Of a DNA stretch of 64,000 nt, positions 11,410 through 22,241 are shown piece by piece. The notes under the pieces were generated by a model. The model did not search any database. It was not told the DNA's origin and was given only the letters and a program-made list of their open reading frames with translations. The stretch is from Rhina ancylostomus (lineage: Eukaryota). Position 1 is the stretch's first letter; each line of letters begins with the position of its first letter. The stretch lies in NCBI GenBank assembly GCA_030265395.1, contig JARFYF010000001.1, positions 86,018,127 through 86,082,126 on the forward strand, given 5' to 3'. The position numbers were made by a program, and so were the translations under genes.

Positions 11410-11700
11410 TCTTAAGATAAGATTCTCTTTATTAGTTACATGTACATCGAAACACACAGTGAAATGCGTCTTTTTTGCATAGAGTGTTCAGGGGGCAGCC
11501 CGCAATTGTCGCCAAGCTTCCAGCGCCAACATGGCACACGTACAACTTCCTAACCCGTAGGTCTTTGGAATGTGTGAAGAAACCGGAGCACCCAGAGGAA
11601 ACCCATGCAGACATGGGGAGAACGTACAAACTCACCGGCAACAGCCGGAATTGAACCCAGGACACTGGCGCTGCAATAGTGCCACGTTAACTGCTACACA
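11410..11700 (-). mobile_element. Near full-length tRNA-derived V-SINE/HE1-type SINE with Rex-type tail
   Basis: On the minus strand: B box gggttcaattcc, core gagtttgtacgttctccccatgtctgcatgggtttcctctgggtgctccggttt, and tail gcatttcactgtgtgtttcgatgtacatgtaactaataaag. Confidence 0.88.
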
Positions 11701-13039
11701 CAAGTGTCATTTTAATAAAAAGCTTCCCATCAAGGGAGGCTGGGCATGGAGGGGGCCTTGATCATGAGTAAAATCTACAGATTATCCCTGGCTTATAGAC
11801 ACCTGCACATATGAACAAGCTCCCATAAATATTATTAATTCTAAAGTTGGGTTATGTACATACATTTACTCCTATGAACAGCAGAACTAGTTTCCTCTCT
11901 TTCCACTTGTAATAACTTTGTCAGTCTTATGCGCGTTTGATGCTGTTCGATACAATACTGTGGAGATATGGTTACTGTATCGAGTAATTCTTTGTTGATT
12001 TTCCCACTATGGACAAAATCAACTTAAGAACATCTGTAAAAACAGGACCCGTTCATTCCTCAGGGACGGCCTGTACCGAGTAATGTTATTCAGGCAATGG
12101 CATCGTCAGAAAGGGGTTGGTATGGTTCCAAAATGGAGCAGCTTAGCATAGAATAACAGGCAGCAGCTCGAAGCTACAGGTTGTTAAGGAAATGTCCCTG
12201 AAGTTTGCAGATTTTGACTTGATTAGGAAGTTGGGGAAATACACTGGGAGTGGGAATAAGGGAGATGAATTGACAAGGCACTGTGAGTAATCCAACAGAC
12301 CAGGACCTTGGATTTTACCTTATGTCAGACCTTGAGAAGCATGCACTTAACGAAAAGCAGGATAAACATAAATTCACCTTCCATTTGGGGGTTTAAGACC
12401 TCTGGACAACCAAACATGCAAGAAACAGATGTCACATCTGCTATGGTTACTAAGCAAATTGCCAGGAAATGAATAGNNNNNNNNNNNNNNNNNNNNNNNN
12501 NNNNNNNNNNNNNCCTGTGTTGAGGAGGGAAAATCCTGTTGAGAGGACAAAACCTCAGTCAACCAAGAGTCAAGTAACAAAAAGCTAAGGAGAAAGGGTG
12601 CTTCAACATATGGCAAGTGACAGCACTGGGCAGAGGAAAGACAGGGGAAATGGAATCTCAACAGCAGGGATACAGGAAGAAATCTAATGGTGGGATTCAG
12701 TGGATTTTCCTGTCTTGAACCAGGGAAAGCTCAGAAAATAGTGGCAGTGAAGGGGATCTCAAAAGACAGGCAAAAACGAGTGTTGGTCAATAAGGTTCTT
12801 GCCTGCAAGCAAAATCATAGAAATGCAGAAAAAAGTTCCCAGATAGGGAACTAGGAAGAAGCCGAGTGAGCGCAGAGTTAAGCCAAGGGAAAGGTGGGCA
12901 CTGTTGGTTGGTCCGAGTTCGGTGGTGGGGAATGGTGTTTATATGCACAGCCTGTTATTGGATGGGCAAAATGAAAGAAAGACCATTCCATGCATCCTAC
13001 AAAAAGGTGCTGCTTGGGCTCATGTTACAGCCATGGCTA

Positions 13040-13765
13040 TGCCTTTGATCTGGAAAAAGTGACTGGAGTTATAAACAAGGGCAGCCAGACGAATGAGTTC
13101 TTGGCGAGGGAACTGGCTGTCCCTCTGCTCAGGAAGCAGAGTGCTCTCAGATCATCCTTCAGACTCTTGTCCAAATCCAGAAGCAGGACTGTCCAGTCAG
13201 ACCCATTGTACCAGCTTGCTCTTGCCACAAAATACTTATTTCATTCCACCTTGATTCTATCCTTTCTCCCCTGACCCAGTCCATTCCAACCTGCATGTGT
13301 GACACCTCTGATTTCCTCTTTCACCTTTGACAGTTTGCAATTCCCTGGTCCCTACTAGATCATCTTTACCATCCCTCTGCACGTCCATACCACTCTGTGG
13401 TGGTCTGAGAGACCCCCACATCTTCCTTCAACAGAGACACAAACCGTTAACTCCACTGACGCTCATCAACCTTGCTGAATCTGTTCTCACATTAAACTTC
13501 TCCTCCTTCAATTCCAATCACTTTTTCCAGACAGAAGGGACTTTCATGAGCCCAACTACACCTTTTGATAATTGGAATAGTCATTGTTTTCAGTCCTTTT
13601 CAGTTCCCCTTCAGCTCTTTCAGGTACATTGATGACTGCATTGGTATTGCTCCCTGCAATCAAATTTCATTACTTTTGCTGCCAATTTCCACCTGTACTC
13701 ACCCTCGTGTGGTCTCACCTGACTCTCCTCTTCCCTTTCTCAACCTCTCCATCTCAAACAACCTT
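13040..13765 (+). mobile_element. Penelope-like element RT fragment (decayed)
   Basis: Remnants SKIQKQDCPVRPIV, LAESVLTLNFSSFNSNHF and FRYIDDCIG. Confidence 0.8.
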
Positions 13766-14299
13766 CTTGATTTTTAATTTTCAAATGTTGGGAGTTTGAT
13801 AGGTGCCTGCAAATTTCCAGTAAAACACCACTTAAGATGCTTAACCAAGGTGTGTGTGTGTGTGCGCAAAACATTTACCCATCCAATGATGCATGTTGCA
13901 CATATAATCATTCCACACCACTGAACTCACTCCAACACCCCCTCCCCCACCCCATTGTTTAATCTGCAACATGATTTATTGGTCATCCAATTCTAACAAA
14001 AGGGCATTGAAAACAGAAATCAACCTACCTTTTCATCATCTTGAATGTGGACTGATTTGTGCTTGTCCAGCATTTTCCATGGTATTTTGATTCTGAATAG
14101 TTGAGTGGGCAGTCTTGGAGTTGGCAGGTGATGGGCAAAAGCCTGTTCCAGACATTTGATCAAAAACTAGGATCACCCCTCACTGCATAGTTGGACTGCC
14201 ATCTTTCATGAGATGTTAAACTAACTTTTTTTTTACTTACTTATGGCTTTCTGACATTTAACGGCCTCCTTAACTTAGTGGCTAAGTAGAACATTTCAT

Positions 14300-14550
14300 T
14301 GGACAAGTAAGAGTCAACCACAATTGTTGAGTCTACCCGGTCAAGGATGAGAGGGTTCTTTCCCTGAAAGATATCAGTGAACAACATGGGTTGTTTTGTG
14401 TTGAAGTGATAGTCCGGCTATATCAGTCACCATTACAGATGCTGCAGCTTCATGTTCTAGATGCATTTAATAACCCAAACATAAATTCCTTAGTTGCAGT
14501 GGTTGGATTTGAACCTTCAGCTCCACATCCACTAACCCATTTACTTAACC
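14300..14550 (-). mobile_element. tRNA-derived SINE, second family (other copies at about 39930-40380 and 51880-52215)
   Basis: Copies share aagagtcaacca(c/t)a..., tt(t)ccctgaa(a)gat..cagtgaac and an antisense B box gg(a)tttgaacc. Confidence 0.55.
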
Positions 14551-14559
14551 CCGAAACTG

Positions 14560-16995
14560 CCCTTTCAGAGGACTCACCTTTGTACACTTGCAGCCACACC
14601 TCAGTGAGTTCTGGACCAGACATAATGTTGAGATCTTCTTCCACTGCCTTCATCTCCATGCCCATTTCTTCAGAAGGAAATCCTTCCCCTGCCCCATCCC
14701 CCTACTGATGACCCTTTCTCCCATCTCTAGCACTCTCCTTCCACTAGGATACCCCTTCTGGCCTCTTACCCTTTTCATTTCCAATTGCTGAGGTGACATT
14801 GCCATGACTCCTCCACTCCCCTCACCCATTCCACGCATATTGCCCGCCAAACACGCAGTGCTCTGCTCACTTCCCACCAATCCCAACCTGCTGATAAGTG
14901 GAGTGGCTGCTGTGGTCTGGCACACTGACCTCTACTTTAGAGACTATGGCTCCAAGAACAAACACAAGGCCTTTGCAGATCTGGATCTTTACAGATCTCA
15001 TCACATCAGGAAATCTCCCCTCCACAGCATCCAACCAGACTGTGCACTGCCTGCTTCTATCTCTTAATATCCACAAACAAGATTGCCCTGGTAGACCCAT
15101 TGCTAGTGCTGGTTCTTGCCCCACCAAACACATCTCTTCATACCTTGACTCTATCCTGTCTCCCCTTGTCCAGTCTCTTCTGACCTACATCGAGGACAAC
15201 CCCAAGGCCCACTACCGTTCTGACAANNNNNNNNNNNNNNNNNNNNNCCACCTCATCTTCACCATAGATGTCCAATCTCCATACACCTCTCTCTGCTCCC
15301 TTCCACCCCCCCCCCCCCAAGAAGAAAAAAAATCAGTAAAGTCTTGGGGCTCTCCACTTTTTTCTGGAACAAACACCTAACCGGTTCCCCTTCTCCAAAA
15401 CTCATCTGCCTGGCAGAGTCTGTTCTTACCCTTAACTTCCTCCCAGATTCCTCCCACTTTCTGCAAATCAAAAAGTGTAGCCATGGGCACTCATATTGGC
15501 CCCAGCTACACTTGACATTTCTTTGGCTAAGTGAAACAGTCCATGTTCTAAACCTACTCTGGCGGCCCTCCGCAAGTCTTTCTCCGCTACACCGATAACT
15601 GCATTGGTGCTGCTGCCTGCACTCATCAATTTTATCACCTTTGTCATTAACTTCCACCCTGCCCTCCAATTCACTTGGGCCAGTTCTCATCACTTCTTCC
15701 TTTCCTGAATCTCTAACTCCACTTCAGGAAACAACTATTCACTTATATCTACTATAAACTTATAGACTCCACAGCTACCTCGACTACACCTCCTTCTACC
15801 TGCAAGGATTCCATTCCCTTCTCTCAGTTTCTCCATGTTCACTGCACCCGTTCTCAAGCTGAGGCTTTCAGTTCTAGGACTTCTGAAATGTCCTTCAGGA
15901 AACGTGGCTACCCCTCTTCTGTGGTTGAAGGAGCCCTCATATGCATTTCCTCCATATCTTGCACTTCTGCTCTCCCCACCCTCCCCAACAGAAGAGATGG
16001 ATTTCCCCTGAACCTGACCTTACGTCCTATTGGCTTCTACATCCAGCATATCTGTTGCCAATTCTGCCAGCTCCAATGGGATCCCAATACTGGCTGCATC
16101 TCTGACCACCCCCCCCCCACCACCTTTCTGCTTTATACAGTGACGATTCTTCCCATAACTCCCTGGTCTGTTCACACTTTACCACCCACCCCAAATTAAC
16201 CCCTGGCAATTTCCTCTGCAACCATAGGAGGTACGGCACTTGTTCCTTCCCTCCACCCTCATCACCATCCAGGGACCTAAACAGCCCTTCCAGGGGAGGC
16301 AGAGATTCACAGGTACCTTACTCCAACCTGGTCTACTGCATTCAGTGCTTGCAACATGGCTTCCTCTACATCAGTGAGACCAAGCATAGGCTAGGCGACT
16401 ATCTGCAACAGCCAGAGGGTCTGGTTGCATTTCAACTGCATCCCCGTTCCTACACTGACCCATCTGTCCTTGGCCTTCTCCACTAACCATGGGGCCAAAC
16501 AAAAACAGCACCTTGTACTCCATTTGGGTAGCCTACAGCCCAAGAGTATGAACATTGACTTTNNNNNNNNNNNNNNNNNNNNNNNNNNNNNNNNNNNNNN
16601 NNNNNNNNNNNNNNNNNNNNNNNNNNNNNNNNNNNNNNNNNNNNNNNNNNNNNNNNNNNNNNNNNNNNNNNNNNNNNNNNNNNNNNNNNNNNNNNNNNNN
16701 NNNNNNNNNNNNNNNNNNNNNNNNNNNNNNNNNNNNNNNNNNNNNNNNNNNNNNNNNNNNNNNNNNNNNNNNNNNNNNNNNNNNNNNNNNNNNNNNNNNN
16801 NNNNNNNNNNNNNNNNNNNNNNNNNNNNNNNNNNNNNNNNNNNNNNNNNNNNNNNNNNNNNNNNNNNNNNNNNNNNNNNNNNNNNNNNNNNNNNNNNNNN
16901 NNNNNNNNNNNNNNNNNNNNNNNNNNNNNNNNNNNNNNNCCCTTTGCCTCCACAGATGCTGTCTGACCCACCGAGTTCCTCCAGCTTTTTGCTCC
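14560..16995 (+). mobile_element. Penelope-like retroelement, long decayed copy (RT + GIY-YIG endonuclease + terminal repeat)
   Basis: Collinear frameshifted motifs: PADK..AAVVWHTDLY, IHKQDCPGRPIASAGSCPT..ISSYLDSILSPLVQSL, LIFTIDVQSPYTS, LAESVLTLN, YYK..DSHSYLDYTS, FRKRGYPSSVV and NLVYCIQC...LYISETK. Terminal-repeat motif at 16940-16995. Confidence 0.92.
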
Positions 16996-17199
16996 TAGCT
17001 GCCCTTTCAGTTCGTCATGAAAACTCCAAGTGCTCTCTTCAGAGTGTGGGGGCAATGATTCATATTTATCCCACAACTGAGCATTAAGAGATCTTTTGGC
17101 CATTACTTCATTCTGTTTGTGGCCCACTGCTGTACTACATTTCCTACCTTACAACAGTAACTGGACTTCTAAAGCACTGCGACAGTTTCAGCCCTCTTC

Positions 17200-18330
17200 C
17201 AGTTTCCGGACCCTGATCGTCTCCACTGCTACCAAGACTGGTCTGGGGGCTCTCCACATCTTGAATGGAGGCCCAACCTGTCCCCAGCTACAACCACCAC
17301 CCTCTGCCTGGCTTAACTTTCACAATGCACAACAGAATTCACTTCCATCTATTTAAACGGTGTCAATAGGGAAGCCATATGGATTCCAGGTATGTCAAGT
17401 TTACTTTCACTGTGGGATGTAGAACATTTCTTCCTCATCCTAGCCCTACTCAGAACCTTCCTCTCCTTCCCTTCCCTCCCTACCCAGTAAGAAAGGCCAT
17501 TGCTGCTGTCCCCTGCCCCTCTTCCAAACTGAACAATGTCTTCAACTTTGCTTCCCAATGTCCATCTGGTCTATTCCTCCCTCCTTTTTGCCATCTTCAC
17601 TTTTGAGATATACTTGTATATTAATTGAAAGTGCAAGACTTTTTGACTCCCACAGATTATACTCATTTCCTACCTCCAGTGAGGATTCAACATCTTGCTG
17701 CTTTGCATCTGTTCTGATTACACCAGCTACAAATCACTGCATGGTGCTGTTCCTCCACAGAGTTGAAAGAACTCTCAATTGAGCATCCCAACTGCTCTCA
17801 CCTTCTTGCCTTCCATCCCAGAATCATTATAGGGTTCCTCTCATTCTCACCTTCCACCCTACCAGCCTCTACACCCAATGTGAACCCATGATCGAACTTT
17901 CACTCCCCATTCCTCATTTTGGAGGACTATTCCTTCTATGATTCCCTTGCCCTTTTCCAAATTACCTTCCTTTGCCACAAATGCAGATGCAGCAATACGA
18001 GTTATTTTCCTTTGTTTCTGCACAGATAGTGCTTGTACAGAATACTTGCTCTTTTATTTCCCACCTTTTCCATGGTCCAAAGCTCCCAGTATCCCCTTTT
18101 TGTGGAGAAGCAACTTAAATGTCACAACTTTCAATTTACTTATTCACAATACCTCCGTCCTGAAGGAATAAAATATGGACTGAGTGACTGTTTTGTGTAA
18201 GAGCCCAGTCTAACAGGCATGATCCTGGGCTACTGGTCATTGTAATTCTACACCCTCTCCCTCTAGTCTGTCTTAGGCTCCAGTGGAACACTGCCTCACT
18301 TTTCAATAAGGTGCTTCATAGTCTTTCAGC
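17200..18330 (+). mobile_element. Older Penelope-like fragment
   Basis: C-rich sequence with ttctcaccttccaccctaccagcctc (LTFHPTSL) and endonuclease-region remnants similar to the adjacent copy. Confidence 0.5.
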
Positions 18331-18659
18331 CTGTGCCATTTTTGAGACAGACACTGTGACAATGAATCTTTACATTCTCATTAACATCTCAAACCTTATT
18401 GTTTGTCCATTTAGCTTGCACTGTTATCCACAGTGCCATTTATTCTTTTGCCTTCATCTGATTGTAAACCTGTTACCTCGATTCAAGTTTCTTTAAAAAC
18501 ATTTTCCCTGTTCCACCCAAGATGTTAACCTTTTGTTTCTCTCTGCACAGATGTTGTCTGACATACCAAGCATCTTCTTTTATTTCAAGAATATTTTTTA
18601 ATGTCTACAAAGTGCTTCAAGATGTTGTAAAAGGCTCTTTATAAAAATGCCAACTGTTC

Positions 18660-19676
18660 CCCTGGTGCTTCAATAGCGAATTTGGCCACTGGTGACACCA
18701 AGCTGATGCCAGGTTGGCTGAAATCTGTCCACAGACGCTGATGTCCATTTTAAATCCAAAGAATGACCAGAGATGAGTTTTCTGGCAAATCCCAATCGGA
18801 ACTGGTGGTGCTGAATGATGGCCGAAGCATCAGTGAAGATAAATCCTAAATGGTGAATGCATAGGCTAATCCTTTTAAAGACCAAAACTAAGAAACTAGG
18901 GTTCCCCCGAGAAACATCTTTAATTCTATTGGCCACGGGCCTAACACTTCAAACATTATTAAACCTTTCAAGTGAAAACATCAGAACATCAGTAGAGAAA
19001 GAACTATCTTTTTTTAAAAAAGTCTCTTCAAACATAGCTATCAAACTTAAATCATATATTAATTTTTCTTCCTCAAAAGTCAATACATTTTTGAAATTTA
19101 ATTCCAACAAGCAATTTACTTTGAAATAATAATTAAAAATAGAGGAAAAAAGAGAGAATTTGGAATGATATCCGAATTCAGACGTAAACATTTTAGTGCT
19201 GGCATTCACTGACTGCCAGCTTGGAAATTGGGCAAGGGTTGTTTGAGAAATAAATTGGTTTGGAATACAAGTGCAATATTTCTTGTTGCTGTTTTTAATT
19301 CATAGAAATTGTGAAATGGGTCAACAATCATTTGGGAAATGGGACCCGTTGTTAGTGGTGATGAGGATGAGGATGGGAAAAGTGACTTGAGTGTTGTGAT
19401 GACAGTCGAATTGGTTAGTGCAGAAACCAGCACCATTTCCCAGGAGCCAGTTTTCAGGTCGGTCACTGTCCTTTGGTATCCAGTCAACGTGATTGAACAG
19501 GTCATAAAAACTCATCTAATCTATGTACATAAGGCAAAGGTAAGAATATCTGTTGTCCACCAGGAAGGCTTTGTGGAATTATACCTCCAGTCAAAATCCA
19601 TTCATTTTGATTTCTTTCTGTTGCTGCGTGTATTTTCTAAGCCTGAGTTCTCTTGGAATCTGGGAAGTGCTATAAA
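18660..19676 (-). other. BAHD1: Probable BAHD1 3' UTR (end not determined)
   Basis: About 1 kb of sequence directly after the stop that looks non-repetitive and is U-rich on the minus strand. Recognisable repeats resume below about 18660. The nearest AATAAA signals (18579-18584, 18439-18444) lie in repeat-derived sequence. Confidence 0.6.
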
Positions 19677-19863
19677 CTATTGCGGGTTTTTCAGAGTTCG
19701 ACCATGACGGAAGTCATAAACGTGCCTGCAAATGAAGACCAGATCTGGATCGGTGTTTTCTGGGACCTTGCGATGTGAAGGTGTGGAGTACTCTTCGGAA
19801 GGAGGTACCACTGGCCTGTGATCAGGAGACCCTTCCTCTCGCCATTTTGCCAAGGCACAGAAT
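19677..19863 (-). CDS. BAHD1: BAHD1 coding exon 6 (last coding exon, TAG stop)
   Basis: Acceptor ggcttttttgcag|A (phase 2). Encodes (R)[11 protein letters not shown]...[43 protein letters not shown]. Confidence 0.97.
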
Positions 19864-20039
19864 CTGCAAAAAAGCCAGGTTGAGAATACGAATGAGAATG
19901 ACACAAGCCCTTGGGGGTTTACACCAGCAACATCTTGTACCAGAGCCTGCATGTGCACCACAGGGCCCCAACTGCAAGCAAATTTGCAGAGAATAAACAA
20001 GTTTCATTCAATGCATTTTAAAAGGGAAAAAGTGATGAT

Positions 20040-20500
20040 TGTTGTTATGTAAGCCTCAGTCAGATCCCATCTGGTTACTACATTCAATTCTGGGCACCAC
20101 AGCTCAGGAAGATGTACTGATCCTGGAGTGAGTACAGTACGGATTCAGAATGTTACTGGGGCTTAAATTTGAGTAAGGCATGATCTAGTCCAGGTTTTTA
20201 AAATAACAGAAGTACTGTAGGAGTGAGATATTCAGAGATTATTTCAACTACACAGGAGTTTTTTGCTCACCATACAAGAACTGGGTTATTCGGAAGCAAA
20301 ATTCAGGAAGGCTTTTTCCGCATGAAGGGAATGGAAAATTGAAATACTCTTTTCCCTGAAGAAGGCTCTAAGCTGGAAAACAACTGGAGTCTTCAGGATG
20401 ATTTTTGTTGTGGTTGGGTAAAGCAGGCAAGGAAATATCGAGTTAAATCAACCCCGATTCGACTGAAGAGTAGAGCATGCTCAAGGCAGAGTGACCTCCT
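20040..20500 (+). mobile_element. CR1 LINE 3' fragment in the last BAHD1 intron
   Basis: cattcaattctgggcaccacagctcaggaagatgtac (QFWAP..RKDV), followed by a decayed tail. Confidence 0.65.
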
Positions 20501-20863
20501 TCCCATGTAAAAGTGTGGCTATGAACAGCACAAAAAGAAAAAAAACAAGATGCCCACCTAACCATTTTGTTTCCTACCTGCTCATCTTCCTGATATTAAT
20601 TCTCTACCTCTTTGTTCTCTTCCTCCCATGTTTCTTTCACCCTTGTGATTTTTTTTAAGACTTCCTTTTCAATACATGCATACTATTCACATTATTCAAC
20701 CTAGAGATGCCAGCTTCCTATTCTAACCATTCAGGAATGGTTTCTCCCGAATTCCATTTTGGATTTATTAGCTACCATTTTACATTTAAGGATCTACTTT
20801 GAGCAACTTCTCCCACCATCACTTTCCATCAGCCGTAGAACTGGATAGCCCTGAGTCACTCAC

Positions 20864-20955
20864 CTACAGTACTCCGAGAAAGTCAGCACATAGCATTTCT
20901 CTTCAATGCAGGCCACACTGTTCTCATCTTGGTGCCGAGAAGCAAAGATCTCATT
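20864..20955 (-). CDS. BAHD1: BAHD1 coding exon 5 (BAH domain; absent from the ORF track)
   Basis: Acceptor ctgcttcctctgcag|AAT and donor GTAG|gtgagt; 92 nt. Manual translation gives [30 protein letters not shown](R). Confidence 0.97.
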
Positions 20956-22161
20956 CTGCAGAGGAAGCAGAGACACAGATTAATAAACCTGAACAAAAGG
21001 CACAGATCCATTCAGTCTCAGTCTACTTTGATAAGATGACTTTATGACTTAAGGGAGTTTGTGGTTCCCTGGCTAAACGAGCAGCAGCAGAATAACAGAA
21101 CATCAGGAACAATGACATCCCTCCCTTGCAGCAGGAGGGGAGTAAGACCTGCTCCGAATTGGTATTTCAAGTAAATAGATCTCATTTTATTTGGCATGCA
21201 ATGGCAGAGCACTCTTTCTGCGAGTAAAACTAAACACAGAGCTTTTTGGGGGTGGTCTCCTTGTATGAAGTGAAGCTGATAAGGCTTCACTCCAAGTCTG
21301 GAAGACTGAAAGGGGCATGACAGGGTAGATGCTTCTCCAGCTGGGAGATCAGGAAGGAGGGATCAGTATCAAAATAAACGGCGGGCTACTCAGTACAGGT
21401 ACAGGAGGAGAAATATCTTCATTTTGGAGGTGCTGAATCTTTCCCTACCCAAAAGAGCTGTGGGGGCTTGGTTGCCAATACATTCAAGGCAGAGATTGAT
21501 AGACTTTTGAATATAGGGTATCAAGGGAAATGGGATCAGTGCATGAAAGTTTTCCTCAATTTGGCAGTTGTCTACCCCAGGCTCTTCTCCACTACCTTAT
21601 GTGAAAGTCAAGATTTCAGCAGTGACATTCACTGAAATGGGGCTTGCAAGTTTTTGCTCAGTTTCAGCCTGCCAGGCACCAGGAGGAAAGGTGTCTCTCC
21701 CAGTTCTCATGAAAAGCAACATCATTCATTGCTCATTTGCTTTGAACCCTGCTGCATTCAGAAGTGGTTACTGTTTATGACCTAGAATACTCCTTAATTC
21801 ATTAGAATATTAAGCTCCATGCAATATGTGGTACAGGGCACTTTGTTAAGTGTAAGTCTTCCTCTAACTTCACCAAGTTTAGCTTAAACACTGTTTCAAT
21901 ATACATGGAATATAAATGCCATGAAACAAAAATAACCACTTAATAAGCCAAGACAAAAAATCAATATAGTACAAATAGTCACACCAACACAGGAGACAGA
22001 TGCTAGTGAGTGATGAATATAGCAAGATGCAGAGAGCAGAAGGAGGTGGAGCAAGGGCATAAGGCCAGGATAGGGTGTAAAGGCACAAAGCAAGAGACAA
22101 AAGGGAGAGGTTGTGTGAAGGATTGCCTACAAATTCCGTAGTGAAGGATGGTGATGCTCAC

Positions 22162-22241
22162 CTCACAGTGAATGCTGGGATTTCTGCCTCCCTGGATGTG
22201 CTCAGGCCTGTAGTACCAGTAAAGGCTCATCATAAGTTCCC
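22162..22241 (-). CDS. BAHD1: BAHD1 coding exon 4 (BAH domain)
   Basis: Acceptor ctttcttcctgtag|GG and donor GAG|gtgagc; 80 nt. Encodes [27 protein letters not shown]. Confidence 0.97.

Noticed and set aside
11630-11700. tRNA-like A/B boxes
   Set aside because: This is the head of a SINE and no complete cloverleaf is evident, so it is not called as a tRNA gene.
19665-19671. AGCACUU (miR-302/430 family) seed match in the BAHD1 3' UTR
   Set aside because: It lies within about 12 nt of the stop codon, where sites are generally ineffective.
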